This document shows positions 18,728 to 27,411 of a stretch of DNA of 38,122 nucleotides, one piece after another. Every line of letters starts with the position of its first letter. The first letter of the stretch is position 1. Source of the DNA: a virus (lineage: Duplodnaviria > Heunggongvirae > Uroviricota > Caudoviricetes). The notes below the pieces were generated by a model. It had not been told where the DNA came from. It saw only the letters and a list, made by a program, of their open reading frames with translations, and did not search any database. The position numbers and the translations under genes were made by a program. The DNA is taken from the IMG/VR virus record IMGVR_UViG_2734482790_000003, one strand, 5' to 3'.

Positions 18728-19192
18728 ATGAAGTTTGTTGCGCCAGAACAGGCACCGGAACAGGCGGAAATCATCAGAAACACGCCGTTCTGGCCTGATG
18801 TGGACCTGTCGGAGTTTCGCAGTGTCATGCGCACTGACGGCACGGTGACGCAGCCGCGTTTAAAGCAGGTTGCGCTGTCGGCAATTTCGGAGGTCAACGC
18901 AGAGCTGTATGAGTTTCGCAGACGCCAGCAGATGCTGGGATATTCCTCGCTGGCAGAGGTTCCGGCGGAGCAGCTGGACGGCAAAAGTGAGCGCATTCAG
19001 CACTATTTCAACGCGGTTTACTGCTGGGCACGCGCCATGCTCAACGAACGATACCAGGACTATGACGCCACGGCATCCGGTGTGAAGCGGGGCGAGGAAC
19101 TGGCGGAAGCAAGCGGTGATTTGTGGCGTGACGCCCGCTGGGCCATCAGCCGGGTGCAGGATGCGCCGCACTGCACAGTGGAGCTTATCTGA
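18728..19192 (+). CDS. L: Head completion/stabilisation protein (P2 gpL family)
   Basis: ORF 18665..19192 trimmed to MKFVAPEQ...; position after M; size about 155 aa. Confidence 0.8.
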   Translation: MKFVAPEQAPEQAEIIRNTPFWPDVDLSEFRSVMRTDGTVTQPRLKQVALSAISEVNAELYEFRRRQQMLGYSSLAEVPAEQLDGKSERIQHYFNAVYCWARAMLNERYQDYDATASGVKRGEELAEASGDLWRDARWAISRVQDAPHCTVELI

Positions 19193-19395
19193 TGAAAGTG
19201 CGTGCGCATCAGTATGACACGGTGGACGCGCTTTGCTGGCGTCATTACGGGCGCACGCAGGGTGTCACGGAGCAGGTACTGAAGGCAAATCCGGGGCTTG
19301 CCGAATACGGCCCCTTTTTACCTCACGGGCTGCAGGTGGAGCTGCCGGACATTCCGACCACCACCACCGTGCAGACCGTCCAGCTATGGGACTAA
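19192..19395 (+). CDS. X: Tail protein X (P2 gpX family)
   Basis: 67 aa, same length and position as P2 gpX. Confidence 0.8.
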   Translation: MKVRAHQYDTVDALCWRHYGRTQGVTEQVLKANPGLAEYGPFLPHGLQVELPDIPTTTTVQTVQLWD

Positions 19396-19398
19396 ATT

Positions 19399-19614
19399 AT
19401 GACGCTTGAGCGAATCAGCGCCTTTATCACGTATTGCATCGCCGTCGTGCTGGCCTGGCTGGGCGATTTGTCCATCAAGGATGCCTCAACGCTGGGCGGC
19501 CTGATGATTGGTGTGCTGATGCTGGCTATCAACTGGTACTACAAACACAAAGCCTACCAGCTTCTGCGCGACGGGCAGATCTCGCGGGAGGACTATGAAT
19601 CCATCAATCGTTAA
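19399..19614 (+). CDS. Holin
   Basis: 71 aa with two hydrophobic transmembrane segments and a charged C-terminus, immediately upstream of the endolysin. Confidence 0.7.
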   Translation: MTLERISAFITYCIAVVLAWLGDLSIKDASTLGGLMIGVLMLAINWYYKHKAYQLLRDGQISREDYESINR

Positions 19615-20107
19615 ACGCTGCCTTGTCGGGGCCGTGCTGGCTATTGCTGCCACGCTGCCGGGTTTTCAGCAGCTTCACACCTCCGTGGAGGGGCTGAAAC
19701 TGATTGCTGATTACGAAGGTTGTCGTCTGCAGCCGTATCAGTGCAGCGCGGGTGTCTGGACCGACGGCATTGGTAATACATCGGGCGTTATTCCCGGCAA
19801 AACAATCACGGAACGACAGGCAGCAGAAGGGCTGATCTCCAACGTGCTGCGTGTGGAGCGGGCACTGGAAAGGTGTGTGAAGCAACAGCCACCGCAGAAG
19901 GTGTATGACGCTGCGGTGTCGTTTGCCTTCAACGTGGGGACGGGCAATGCCTGCAGCTCCACGCTGGTGAAATTGCTCAATCAGCGGCGCTGGGCGGATG
20001 CGTGCCGACAGTTGCCGCGCTGGGTTTATGTAAAAGGTGTGTTTAATCAGGGGCTGGATAACCGCCGTGCGCGGGAGATGGCCTGGTGTTTACAGGGAGC
20101 AAACTGA
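19595..20107 (+). CDS. SAR-endolysin (T4-lysozyme-like muramidase with N-terminal signal-arrest-release segment)
   Basis: N-terminal weakly hydrophobic Gly/Ala-rich segment (LVGAVLAIAATLPG) followed by the lysozyme catalytic region (EGLKLIADYEGCRLQPYQCSAGVWTDGIGNT). Confidence 0.8.
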   Translation: MNPSIVKRCLVGAVLAIAATLPGFQQLHTSVEGLKLIADYEGCRLQPYQCSAGVWTDGIGNTSGVIPGKTITERQAAEGLISNVLRVERALERCVKQQPPQKVYDAAVSFAFNVGTGNACSSTLVKLLNQRRWADACRQLPRWVYVKGVFNQGLDNRRAREMAWCLQGAN

Positions 20108-20108
20108 A

Positions 20109-20486
20109 ATGAAAAAGAAATTAATCAGCGGACTGTTTCTGATGTTATGGATGGCGCTGTTAATCGCAGCAATGGTGTATCCGCAGGGGATTTTTCCGGT
20201 ACTGGCAGCGTCCGGCGTTTGGGTAGCCGGTTTGCTGACATGGGCGGTAATTCCGGTAGCACTGGCTGCGTTAATTCAGAATGGCCCGCTCTGGCAGGAG
20301 TTAAGGGCATCTTTACTGAAGACAATTACCCGAAAAGAAAACGTATTTATCAGTTGGGTGATGCGATTGCTGATTGTTGTAAGTCTCGCCTGGACGGGGT
20401 GGGCTATTACCCTGGTCTTTTATCTACTGACCGTTATTGCCTTCTGGATCACCCGTAACCAGATGGCGCAACAAGTAGCAGCATGA
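20109..20486 (+). CDS. lysA: LysA-like membrane protein (lysis accessory)
   Basis: ORF 20037..20486 trimmed to MKKKLISG...; about 4 predicted TM helices; P2 lysA position. Confidence 0.6.
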   Translation: MKKKLISGLFLMLWMALLIAAMVYPQGIFPVLAASGVWVAGLLTWAVIPVALAALIQNGPLWQELRASLLKTITRKENVFISWVMRLLIVVSLAWTGWAITLVFYLLTVIAFWITRNQMAQQVAA

Positions 20487-20911
20487 ACCGGTTGCTGCTG
20501 GTTGTGCTGGCGTTATTACTGGCGGCGCTGGGCTGGCAGACGTGGCGGCTGGCTGATGCCAGCCAGACCATTAGCACGCAGGCAGACGAGCTGCAGAGCA
20601 AAAGCCAGGCACTGGCAAAGAGCAACAGCCAGCTTATCAGCCTGTCCATTCTGACTGAAACCAATAACCGGGAGCAGGCGCGGCTCTATGCCGAAGCAGA
20701 ACAGACCAGCGCGCTGCTGAGACAACGACAACACCGGATCGAGGAACTGAAACGTGAGAACGAGGATTTACGCCGCTGGGCTGATACTCCTTTGCCTGCT
20801 GACATTATCCGGCTGCGGGAACGTCCGGCGCTCACCGGAGGTGCAGCTTACCGTCAGTGGTTGTCCGCGAGTGACGCCGTGTTGGCTGGATCAGGCAGCG
20901 CCCCGCACTAA
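20483..20911 (+). CDS. lysB: i-spanin (Rz-like, LysB)
   Basis: N-terminal TM segment then coiled-coil periplasmic domain; position after lysA. Confidence 0.75.
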   Translation: MNRLLLVVLALLLAALGWQTWRLADASQTISTQADELQSKSQALAKSNSQLISLSILTETNNREQARLYAEAEQTSALLRQRQHRIEELKRENEDLRRWADTPLPADIIRLRERPALTGGAAYRQWLSASDAVLAGSGSAPH

Positions 20912-21044
20912 CGGTGATCTGAACGCGTTGCTGGATGAAACGGAGGCCGCCTGGGCGGTCTGTGCAGACAAAGTGGACATGATTATTGCGTGTCAGGAGC
21001 GAAACAGTGAACAAACCACAATCCCTGCGCCACGCCCTCAATAA
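20754..21044 (+). CDS. lysC: o-spanin lipoprotein (Rz1-like, LysC), partly embedded in lysB in the +1 frame
   Basis: Lipobox LTLSGC after a signal peptide; Pro-rich mature region; overlapping/embedded arrangement typical of Rz/Rz1. Confidence 0.7.
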   Translation: MRTRIYAAGLILLCLLTLSGCGNVRRSPEVQLTVSGCPRVTPCWLDQAAPRTNGDLNALLDETEAAWAVCADKVDMIIACQERNSEQTTIPAPRPQ

Positions 21045-21438
21045 AGCGGTGCCTTATGTCCGCAATAACCCGGACAAACTGCATCTGTTTGTGGATAACG
21101 GTTCGCTGGTTGCCACGGGGGCCAGCTCCATGTCGTGGGAGTACCGTTACACCCTGAACGCGGTGATTGAGGATTTCAGCGGCGACCAGAATCTGCTGAT
21201 GGCCCCGGTTTTGCTGTGGCTGAGGGATAACCAGCCCGATGCCATCAATAACCCGGCGTTACGGGAAAAACTATTCACCTTTGAGGTGGATATTCTGCGC
21301 AACGATGTCTGTGATATCAGCCTGAACCTGCAACTGACGGAGCGTGTGCTGGTCAGCACTGACGGTAGTGTGTCGAGTGTTGAAGCTATAGCGGAACCTG
21401 ATGAACCTGAAGAAATGTGGACGGTGAAACGTGGCTGA
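20986..21438 (+). CDS. R: Tail completion protein (P2 gpR family)
   Basis: Similarity to P2 gpR (SLRHAL...NPDKLHLFVDNGS..., LLMAPVLLWLRDNQPD). The true start may lie slightly downstream of 20986. Confidence 0.75.
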   Translation: MRVRSETVNKPQSLRHALNKAVPYVRNNPDKLHLFVDNGSLVATGASSMSWEYRYTLNAVIEDFSGDQNLLMAPVLLWLRDNQPDAINNPALREKLFTFEVDILRNDVCDISLNLQLTERVLVSTDGSVSSVEAIAEPDEPEEMWTVKRG

Positions 21439-21877
21439 ACTGCAGAAAGTGGACGACTGGCTGAGTGCCTTGCTGGCGAATCTGGAACCAGCCGCCAGAA
21501 GCCGCATGATGCGCCAGCTGGCGCAGGAACTGCGCCGGACACAGCAGCAGAACATCAGGATGCAACGCAATCCTGATGGCAGCAGCTATGAACCGAGGCG
21601 AGTAACAGCACGCAGTAAAAAAGGCCGTATCAAACGGCAGATGTTTACAAAACTTCGCACCACAAAATACCTGAAAACTGCCGCCAGCGCCGACTCTGCC
21701 AGCGTGCAGTTTGAAGGTAAGGTGCAGCGCATTGCCCGTGTTCACCATTACGGCTTGCGCGATCGCGTCAGTCGCAAAGGACCTGAGGTCCGTTACGCAG
21801 AGCGTCGCCTTCTGGGTGTAAATGATGATGTTGAGGCAATGACCCGCGACATGATTCTGCAATGGCTGGCGGGGTGA
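21431..21877 (+). CDS. S: Tail completion protein (P2 gpS family)
   Basis: 148 aa; position after R; overlapping start. Confidence 0.7.
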   Translation: MAELQKVDDWLSALLANLEPAARSRMMRQLAQELRRTQQQNIRMQRNPDGSSYEPRRVTARSKKGRIKRQMFTKLRTTKYLKTAASADSASVQFEGKVQRIARVHHYGLRDRVSRKGPEVRYAERRLLGVNDDVEAMTRDMILQWLAG

Positions 21878-21881
21878 TCTT

Positions 21882-21899
21882 TGTATCAGCACTGATACA
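21882..21899. promoter_or_regulatory. Late-promoter activator dyad (TGT-N12-ACA)
   Basis: Perfect palindrome TGTATCAG-CA-CTGATACA between S and V. Confidence 0.5.
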
Positions 21900-21945
21900 A
21901 GTTGCAGCACTGCCGCCTTTCTTCCCCTGATGGCAACCTTTCCCT

Positions 21946-22524
21946 ATGAACGCACAATTAACCGAAATCATGCGCCTTATCACCAACCTGATTCGCACAG
22001 GTGTAGTCACCGAAGTGGACAGGGCAAACTGGCTGTGTCGGGTGAAAACTGGCGACCTCGAAACCAACTGGATTAACTGGCTGACACTGCGCGCGGGCAA
22101 ATCGCGCACCTGGTGGAAACCGTCTGTGGGTGAGCAGGTTGTGCTGTTCAGCCTTGGCGGCAATCTGGAAACCGCGTTTGCCCTGCCTGCGGTCTACTCA
22201 AACCAGTTTCCGCCACCTTCAGGCTCTGAGGACGGCAACGTGACGGAATACCCGGACGGCGGCTGGTTTGAATACGAACCCGCCACCGGGCGCTGGTATG
22301 TCAGGGGCATCAAATCAATGGTCATTGAGGCCGCTGACAATATCACCCTGAAAACCAGTGAGTTTGTGCTGGAGGCTGACCGCACGCGTATTAACAGCGA
22401 AGTGGTGATCAATGGTGGCGTTACCCAGGGCGGCGGAGCGATGAGCTCTAACGGGATTGTGGTTGATGCGCATCAGCATACTGGCGTCCTGAAAGGCGGC
22501 GATACAACCGGAGGCCCGGTATGA
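21946..22524 (+). CDS. V: Baseplate spike/assembly protein (P2 gpV family)
   Basis: 192 aa; position and size; Gly-rich C-terminus. Confidence 0.8.
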   Translation: MNAQLTEIMRLITNLIRTGVVTEVDRANWLCRVKTGDLETNWINWLTLRAGKSRTWWKPSVGEQVVLFSLGGNLETAFALPAVYSNQFPPPSGSEDGNVTEYPDGGWFEYEPATGRWYVRGIKSMVIEAADNITLKTSEFVLEADRTRINSEVVINGGVTQGGGAMSSNGIVVDAHQHTGVLKGGDTTGGPV

Positions 22525-22880
22525 CGCTTTATAGCGGGATGAACAATACCAGCGGCAAAGTCATTACTGATATTGATCATCTGCACCAGTCGGTGCGGGA
22601 CATTCTGCTGACACCGCAGGGTAGCCGCATTGCCCGCCGGGAATATGGTTCCCTCCTGTCGGTTTTAATAGATCAGCCACAAAATCCGGCATTACGCCTG
22701 CAGGTCATGTCGGCAGTGTATGTGGCGCTGAGTCGCTGGGAGCCACGGCTGACGCTGGATTCCATCACCATCAACAGCAACTTTGACGGTTCTATGGTGG
22801 TGGAGCTGACCGGGCGGCGGAATAACGGTGTGCCTGTGTCCCTTTCCGTATCAACAGGAGCAGAGAATGGCAGTGATTGA
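22521..22880 (+). CDS. W: Baseplate wedge protein (P2 gpW / gp25-like)
   Basis: 119 aa; position and size. Confidence 0.8.
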   Translation: MTLYSGMNNTSGKVITDIDHLHQSVRDILLTPQGSRIARREYGSLLSVLIDQPQNPALRLQVMSAVYVALSRWEPRLTLDSITINSNFDGSMVVELTGRRNNGVPVSLSVSTGAENGSD

Positions 22881-23775
22881 CCTTTCGCAGTTGCCTGCAC
22901 CGCAGATTGTGGATGTGCCGGACTTTGAGACGCTGCTTGCCGAACGCAAGGCCCAATTTGTTGCGCTTCATCCGAAAGATGAGCAGGAAGCAGTGATCCG
23001 CACGCTGGAACTGGAATCTGAACCCGTCACCAAATTGCTGCAGGAGAACGCTTACCGTGAGTTGCTTCTGCGCCAGCGCATTAACGAAGCCGTGCAGGCT
23101 GTGATGGTGGCTTACGCGATGGGCAGCGATCTTGACCAGCTCGCTGCCAACTACAACGTGAAACGCTTGACGGTGACGCCTGCTGATAATGACGCTGTGC
23201 CGCCCGTTGCAGCTGTGATGGAAAGCGATGAAGCGTTACGCCTGCGTGTGCCTGCAGCCTTTGAAGGGCTTTCAGTTGCGGGGCCAACTGCAGCTTATGA
23301 ATTTCATGCCCGAAGCGCCGACGGTCGGGTGGCGGATGCCAGTGCAACCAGCCCGGCACCTGCAGAGGTGGTGCTGACTGTCCTTAGCCGCGAAGGCGAT
23401 GGAACTGCAGAAAAAGACCTGCTGGACGTGGTGGAAAAAGCTCTGAACAGTGAGAACGTCCGCCCGGTGGCTGACCGTCTTACGGTTCGCAGCGCAGAAA
23501 TCATCCCGTATCGCGTGGAAGCCACCATTTTTCTTTATCCGGGACCGGAAGCAGAGCCGGTAATGGCAGCGGCAAAAGCCAGCCTGCAGAAGTACATCGC
23601 CAGTCAGACGCGTCTTGGTCGGGATATTCGCCGTAGCGCCATCTTTGCCGCCCTGCATGTTGAGGGTGTGCAGCGTGTGGAGCTGGCTTCTCCTCTGGCG
23701 GATGTGGTCCTGAACAAAACACAGGCGGCATCATGTACGCAGTGGAGCGTAACCAACGGAGGAACGGATGAATAG
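22867..23775 (+). CDS. J: Baseplate protein (P2 gpJ family)
   Basis: ORF 22828..23775 trimmed to MAVIDLSQLPAPQIVDVPDFE..., which matches the P2 gpJ N-terminus. Confidence 0.85.
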   Translation: MAVIDLSQLPAPQIVDVPDFETLLAERKAQFVALHPKDEQEAVIRTLELESEPVTKLLQENAYRELLLRQRINEAVQAVMVAYAMGSDLDQLAANYNVKRLTVTPADNDAVPPVAAVMESDEALRLRVPAAFEGLSVAGPTAAYEFHARSADGRVADASATSPAPAEVVLTVLSREGDGTAEKDLLDVVEKALNSENVRPVADRLTVRSAEIIPYRVEATIFLYPGPEAEPVMAAAKASLQKYIASQTRLGRDIRRSAIFAALHVEGVQRVELASPLADVVLNKTQAASCTQWSVTNGGTDE

Positions 23776-24373
23776 TCTGCTGCCACCGGGTTCAACACCA
23801 CTGGAGCGCCGACTGGCGCAAACCTGCAGCGGGATTTCTGATCTGCAGGTGCCGCTTCGTGACTTGTGGAATCCGGCAACCTGTCCGGTCAGTTTCCTGC
23901 CTTATCTCGCCTGGGCGTTCTCTGTGGATCGCTGGGACGAGGGCTGGACAGAAAGCGTCAAGCGCCAGGTGGTGAAGGATGCTTTTTATATTCATCAGCA
24001 TAAAGGGACCACCAGTGCCGTGCGGCGGGTGGTGGAGCCGTTCGGCTTTCTGATCCGCATTATTGAGTGGTGGCAGACCGGAGAGGCACCGGGCACGTTT
24101 CGCCTGGATATCGGCGTGCAGGACCAGGGCATCACTGAAGATACCTATCTGGAACTTGAGCGACTGATAAGCGATGCTAAACCATGTAGCCGCCACATGA
24201 TCGGCATGTCCATCAATCTGCAGACCAGCGGTCCATATTGGGTGGGGGCTGCAAGCTATCTTGGCGAAGAAATCACGATCTATCCGTATATCAACGAAAC
24301 AATTATTTCCGGCGGCACCGTGCATGAAGGCGGGGCGGTCCATGTTATTGACACAATGAGAGTGAATCCATGA
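23768..24373 (+). CDS. I: Baseplate protein (P2 gpI family)
   Basis: 201 aa; position between J and the tail fibre gene. Confidence 0.8.
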   Translation: MNSLLPPGSTPLERRLAQTCSGISDLQVPLRDLWNPATCPVSFLPYLAWAFSVDRWDEGWTESVKRQVVKDAFYIHQHKGTTSAVRRVVEPFGFLIRIIEWWQTGEAPGTFRLDIGVQDQGITEDTYLELERLISDAKPCSRHMIGMSINLQTSGPYWVGAASYLGEEITIYPYINETIISGGTVHEGGAVHVIDTMRVNP

Positions 24374-25956
24374 GCACAAAATTTTATACCCTGCTGACGG
24401 ATATTGGCGCGGCGAAACTTGCCAGCGCCGCCGCGCTCGGTGTGCCGTTAAAACTTACCCATATGGCGGTCGGCGATGGCGGCGGAACATTGCCAACGCC
24501 GGACGCAAAGCAGACTGCACTGGTAAATGAGAAACGCCGGGCTGCGCTGAATATGCTCTATATCGACCCGCAGAACAGCAGCCAGATTATTGCCGAACAG
24601 GTGATCCCTGAAAACGAGGGCGGTTGGTGGATCCGTGAAGTGGGCCTGTTTGATGAGTCCGGGGCATTGATTGCCGTGGGCAACTGCCCGGAAAGCTATA
24701 AGCCGCAACTGGCTGAAGGCAGCGGGCGCACCCAGACCGTGCGCATGGTACTGATAACCAGCAGCACGGACAATATCACCCTGAAAATAGACCCTGCTGT
24801 AGTGCTGGCAACCCGCAAGTATGTGGATGACAAAGCACTGGAGTTGAAGGTGTACGTGGATGACCTGATGGCAAAACATCTTGCCGCACCGGACCCGCAT
24901 TCACAGTATGCACCCAAAGAAAGTCCGACGTTTACCGGAACCCCCAAAGCGCCAACGCCAGCAGCAGGGAATAACACCACGCAGATTGCGACCACCGAGT
25001 TTGTTCAGGCGGCTCTGACGGCTCTTATTAATGGTGCGCCAGCCACGCTGGACACGCTGAAAGAAATAGCCGCAGCCATTAACAATGATCCAAAATTCAG
25101 TACCACCATTAACAATGCGCTGGCACTGAAAGCGCCGCTGTCGAGTCCGGCACTCACCGGAACGCCAACCGCACCTACTGCGGCACAGTCGGTCAACAAT
25201 ACACAAATTGCCACCACGGCATTTGTGAAATCGGCGATTGCGGCAATGGTGGGTTCTGCACCTGCGGCACTGGATACACTGAACGAACTGGCGGCGGCGC
25301 TGGGGAATGACCCGAACTTTGCCACGACAATGCTTAATGCACTGGCAGGTAAACAACCGCTGGACAATACGCTGACTAATTTGAGTGGAAAGGATGTAAC
25401 TGGTCTTCTCACATACCTTGGTTTGGGAGAAGGTTCGGCATTACCCGTTGGCGTGCCTGTTCCGTGGCCTTCCGCCACTCCGCCAACAGGCTGGCTGAAA
25501 TGCAACGGTGCCGCTTTTTCTGCTGAAGAATACCCGGAACTGGCAAAGGCTTATCCGACAAATAAATTGCCTGATTTACGTGGTGAGTTTATTCGTGGCT
25601 GGGATGACGGGCGTGGTGTGGATGCGGGACGTGCCTTGCTAAGTCTTCAGGATGACTCTTTTGAAGCGCACAGGCATGAGTCCTTTTTTTACGCGGGTAT
25701 TTCTCGCAATGAAATACCATTAAAAAATCTTCCAAGTTCAGACGAGATGCTGACTTTAAGTTCTACAACTAATGCCTTGTCCCCGGACGGTATTGATGCC
25801 ACTAATTCGTTAATTGGTAATGATGATTACAACTGTCTGATTGAAGGAAATAAAAATAACAAACGAACAGCGACGGGGTTGAGTACCAGTATTGTCGGTG
25901 CAGCAGAGACACGCCCACGTAATATTTCATTTAATTACATTGTGAGGGCTGCATGA
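24370..25956 (+). CDS. H: Tail fibre protein (P2 gpH family); C-terminal ~175 aa lie inside an invertible segment
   Basis: 528 aa; conserved N-terminus; two tandem ~70-aa repeats (..TGTP.APT.A..NNTTQIATT.FV..A......GAPA.LDTL.E.AAA..NDP.F..T..NALA.K.PL). Confidence 0.85.
   Translation: MSTKFYTLLTDIGAAKLASAAALGVPLKLTHMAVGDGGGTLPTPDAKQTALVNEKRRAALNMLYIDPQNSSQIIAEQVIPENEGGWWIREVGLFDESGALIAVGNCPESYKPQLAEGSGRTQTVRMVLITSSTDNITLKIDPAVVLATRKYVDDKALELKVYVDDLMAKHLAAPDPHSQYAPKESPTFTGTPKAPTPAAGNNTTQIATTEFVQAALTALINGAPATLDTLKEIAAAINNDPKFSTTINNALALKAPLSSPALTGTPTAPTAAQSVNNTQIATTAFVKSAIAAMVGSAPAALDTLNELAAALGNDPNFATTMLNALAGKQPLDNTLTNLSGKDVTGLLTYLGLGEGSALPVGVPVPWPSATPPTGWLKCNGAAFSAEEYPELAKAYPTNKLPDLRGEFIRGWDDGRGVDAGRALLSLQDDSFEAHRHESFFYAGISRNEIPLKNLPSSDEMLTLSSTTNALSPDGIDATNSLIGNDDYNCLIEGNKNNKRTATGLSTSIVGAAETRPRNISFNYIVRAA
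25418..25432. repeat. Left inverted repeat of the invertible tail-fibre segment (candidate invertase crossover site)
   Basis: TTGGTTTGGGAGAAG inside H (encodes G-L-G-E). The exact reverse complement is present at 27330-27344. Confidence 0.65.
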
Positions 25957-26558
25957 TGTATAACGCCATCTTGAATAGTAAATTTATTGCCACAAAGGCA
26001 GGAGAGATTACCGTTTATAACTATGACAGTGAGACACGGGAGTATATTTCTGCATCAACTGAATATCTTGCTGTGGGTGTCGGTATCCCTGCATATTCCT
26101 GTTTAGATGCTCCTGGCACACATAAGGCTGGTTATGCAATCTGCCGTTCGGCAGATTTAAACTCATGGGAATATGTGCCAGACCATCGCGGTGAAATCAT
26201 CTATAGCACCGAAACAGGAGAATCGAAAGAAATCACAGCTCCGGGTGATTATCCTGAAAATACAACCACTATCGCCCCGTTAACGCCATACGATGAATGG
26301 GATGGTGAGAAATGGGTAACAGATACTGTGGCACAGCATAGCGCCGCAGTAGGCGCGGCAGAAGCACAGCGTCAGTCACTGATTGATACTGCAATGGCTT
26401 CCATTAGTCTGATTCAGCTGAAATTGCAGGCCGGACGGAATCTGACGCAGGCAGAAACCGCCCGACTTAACGCTGCGCTGGATTACATTGACGCGGTGAC
26501 GGCAACAGATACCAGCACCGCGCCGGATGTCATCTGGCCTGAACTGCCGGAGGCGTAG
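25953..26558 (+). CDS. G: Tail fibre assembly chaperone (P2 gpG family)
   Basis: 201 aa; immediately downstream of H; conserved C-terminal region (..LDY.DA....DTS.APD..WP..P). Confidence 0.8.
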   Translation: MMYNAILNSKFIATKAGEITVYNYDSETREYISASTEYLAVGVGIPAYSCLDAPGTHKAGYAICRSADLNSWEYVPDHRGEIIYSTETGESKEITAPGDYPENTTTIAPLTPYDEWDGEKWVTDTVAQHSAAVGAAEAQRQSLIDTAMASISLIQLKLQAGRNLTQAETARLNAALDYIDAVTATDTSTAPDVIWPELPEA

Positions 26559-26970
26559 GCCATTCAATATCTGGCGCACCGGAAGTATCGACCAGTTCCA
26601 GTGCGTCCAGATAATCCAGCCACAAATTATATTGCGCCAGTTCCTCACCTTTCAGACGACCAATAGCCGCTTTACCAGGCCATTGTTTACTGTTCATATA
26701 ATCGTTGGCCTGATTAATCAGTTGCTGCTTTTCCTGTTCGGCTGCAGCAATCTGTTCCTCATGTGTTGGTGGTGGAATTTCAGACCATGCAGGAAAACCA
26801 TTTTCTCCAGCGATACGGATTTTTCCTTTCGGCGGTAATCCGGAAAACGCAATATACACTTGCTCATCAACTTCAACAGCATCATCTGGCCATGAGTCAG
26901 CTTGAGTGTAATCCTCTTTCATCTCCAGCGGATAGAAAGAGTTTGTAGTCGCGGAATATATGTAATTCAT
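26530..26970 (-). CDS. Alternative tail fibre assembly chaperone (G'), opposite orientation
   Basis: 146 aa. C-terminus (NLWLDYLDALELVDTSGAPDIEWPTPP) parallels the gpG C-terminus. Convergent with G inside the invertible segment. Confidence 0.7.
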   Translation of the reverse strand: MNYIYSATTNSFYPLEMKEDYTQADSWPDDAVEVDEQVYIAFSGLPPKGKIRIAGENGFPAWSEIPPPTHEEQIAAAEQEKQQLINQANDYMNSKQWPGKAAIGRLKGEELAQYNLWLDYLDALELVDTSGAPDIEWPTPPAVQAR

Positions 26971-26991
26971 TTTTCACTCCATATAGCTAAA

Positions 26992-27329
26992 TTAACAGCC
27001 TAACGCTAAAAATGAAGCGCCGAGGCCAGGAGTACTGGCTCTGGATATAAATTTAACCGGGTCGGGACTAAAACCTGCACAGGCAATATAACCAACAGCC
27101 CCGCTATCTGGTGTGTAGTCTTGTGAGACCAAAACACGCAGACATCTGTTTGGAAATGCAATCGGGAAATGGGTTACTACATCCTGTGCAATGCCTGGTG
27201 CGCCGATTGAGCCCCACTGAAGAATAAAACCTGATGGTAATTTTTGATATCCAGTACCTGAAACAGAAAGCGTGAAGCTACCCATATCAGGTATCTGATT
27301 CGCCCCTGTCCCTACATTCCTTTTAGCCG
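26992..27329 (-). CDS. Alternative tail-fibre C-terminal exon (no start of its own; would fuse to the H constant part after inversion)
   Basis: Minus-strand reading frame continues in frame from the right inverted repeat (..[11 protein letters not shown]...). The Met start in the ORF track (27384) lies outside the segment and is not meaningful. Confidence 0.5.
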
Positions 27330-27344
27330 CTTCTCCCAAACCAA
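27330..27344. repeat. Right inverted repeat of the invertible tail-fibre segment
   Basis: CTTCTCCCAAACCAA, reverse complement of 25418-25432. On the minus strand it encodes the same G-L-G-E in frame with the alternative exon. Confidence 0.65.
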
Positions 27345-27411
27345 CGTTTATGAAAATGCAGAGATAATGGCTAACTGGCATCATCCACGGTTTTTATTCA
27401 GGGGATTGATC

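Noticed and set aside
20037-20108. GTG-initiated N-terminal extension of lysA
   Set aside because: It overlaps the endolysin 3' end; the internal Met (MKKK...) is the natural start of the membrane protein.
24448-25505. Cys/Arg-rich minus-strand ORFs across the tail-fibre gene (e.g. 24901..25356)
   Set aside because: An artefact of the repetitive, GC-rich fibre coding sequence read antisense; no start context.
27330-27384. Apparent Met start (27384) for the minus-strand tail-fibre exon
   Set aside because: It lies outside the inverted-repeat-bounded segment; the exon is expected to be expressed only as a fusion to the H constant region after inversion.
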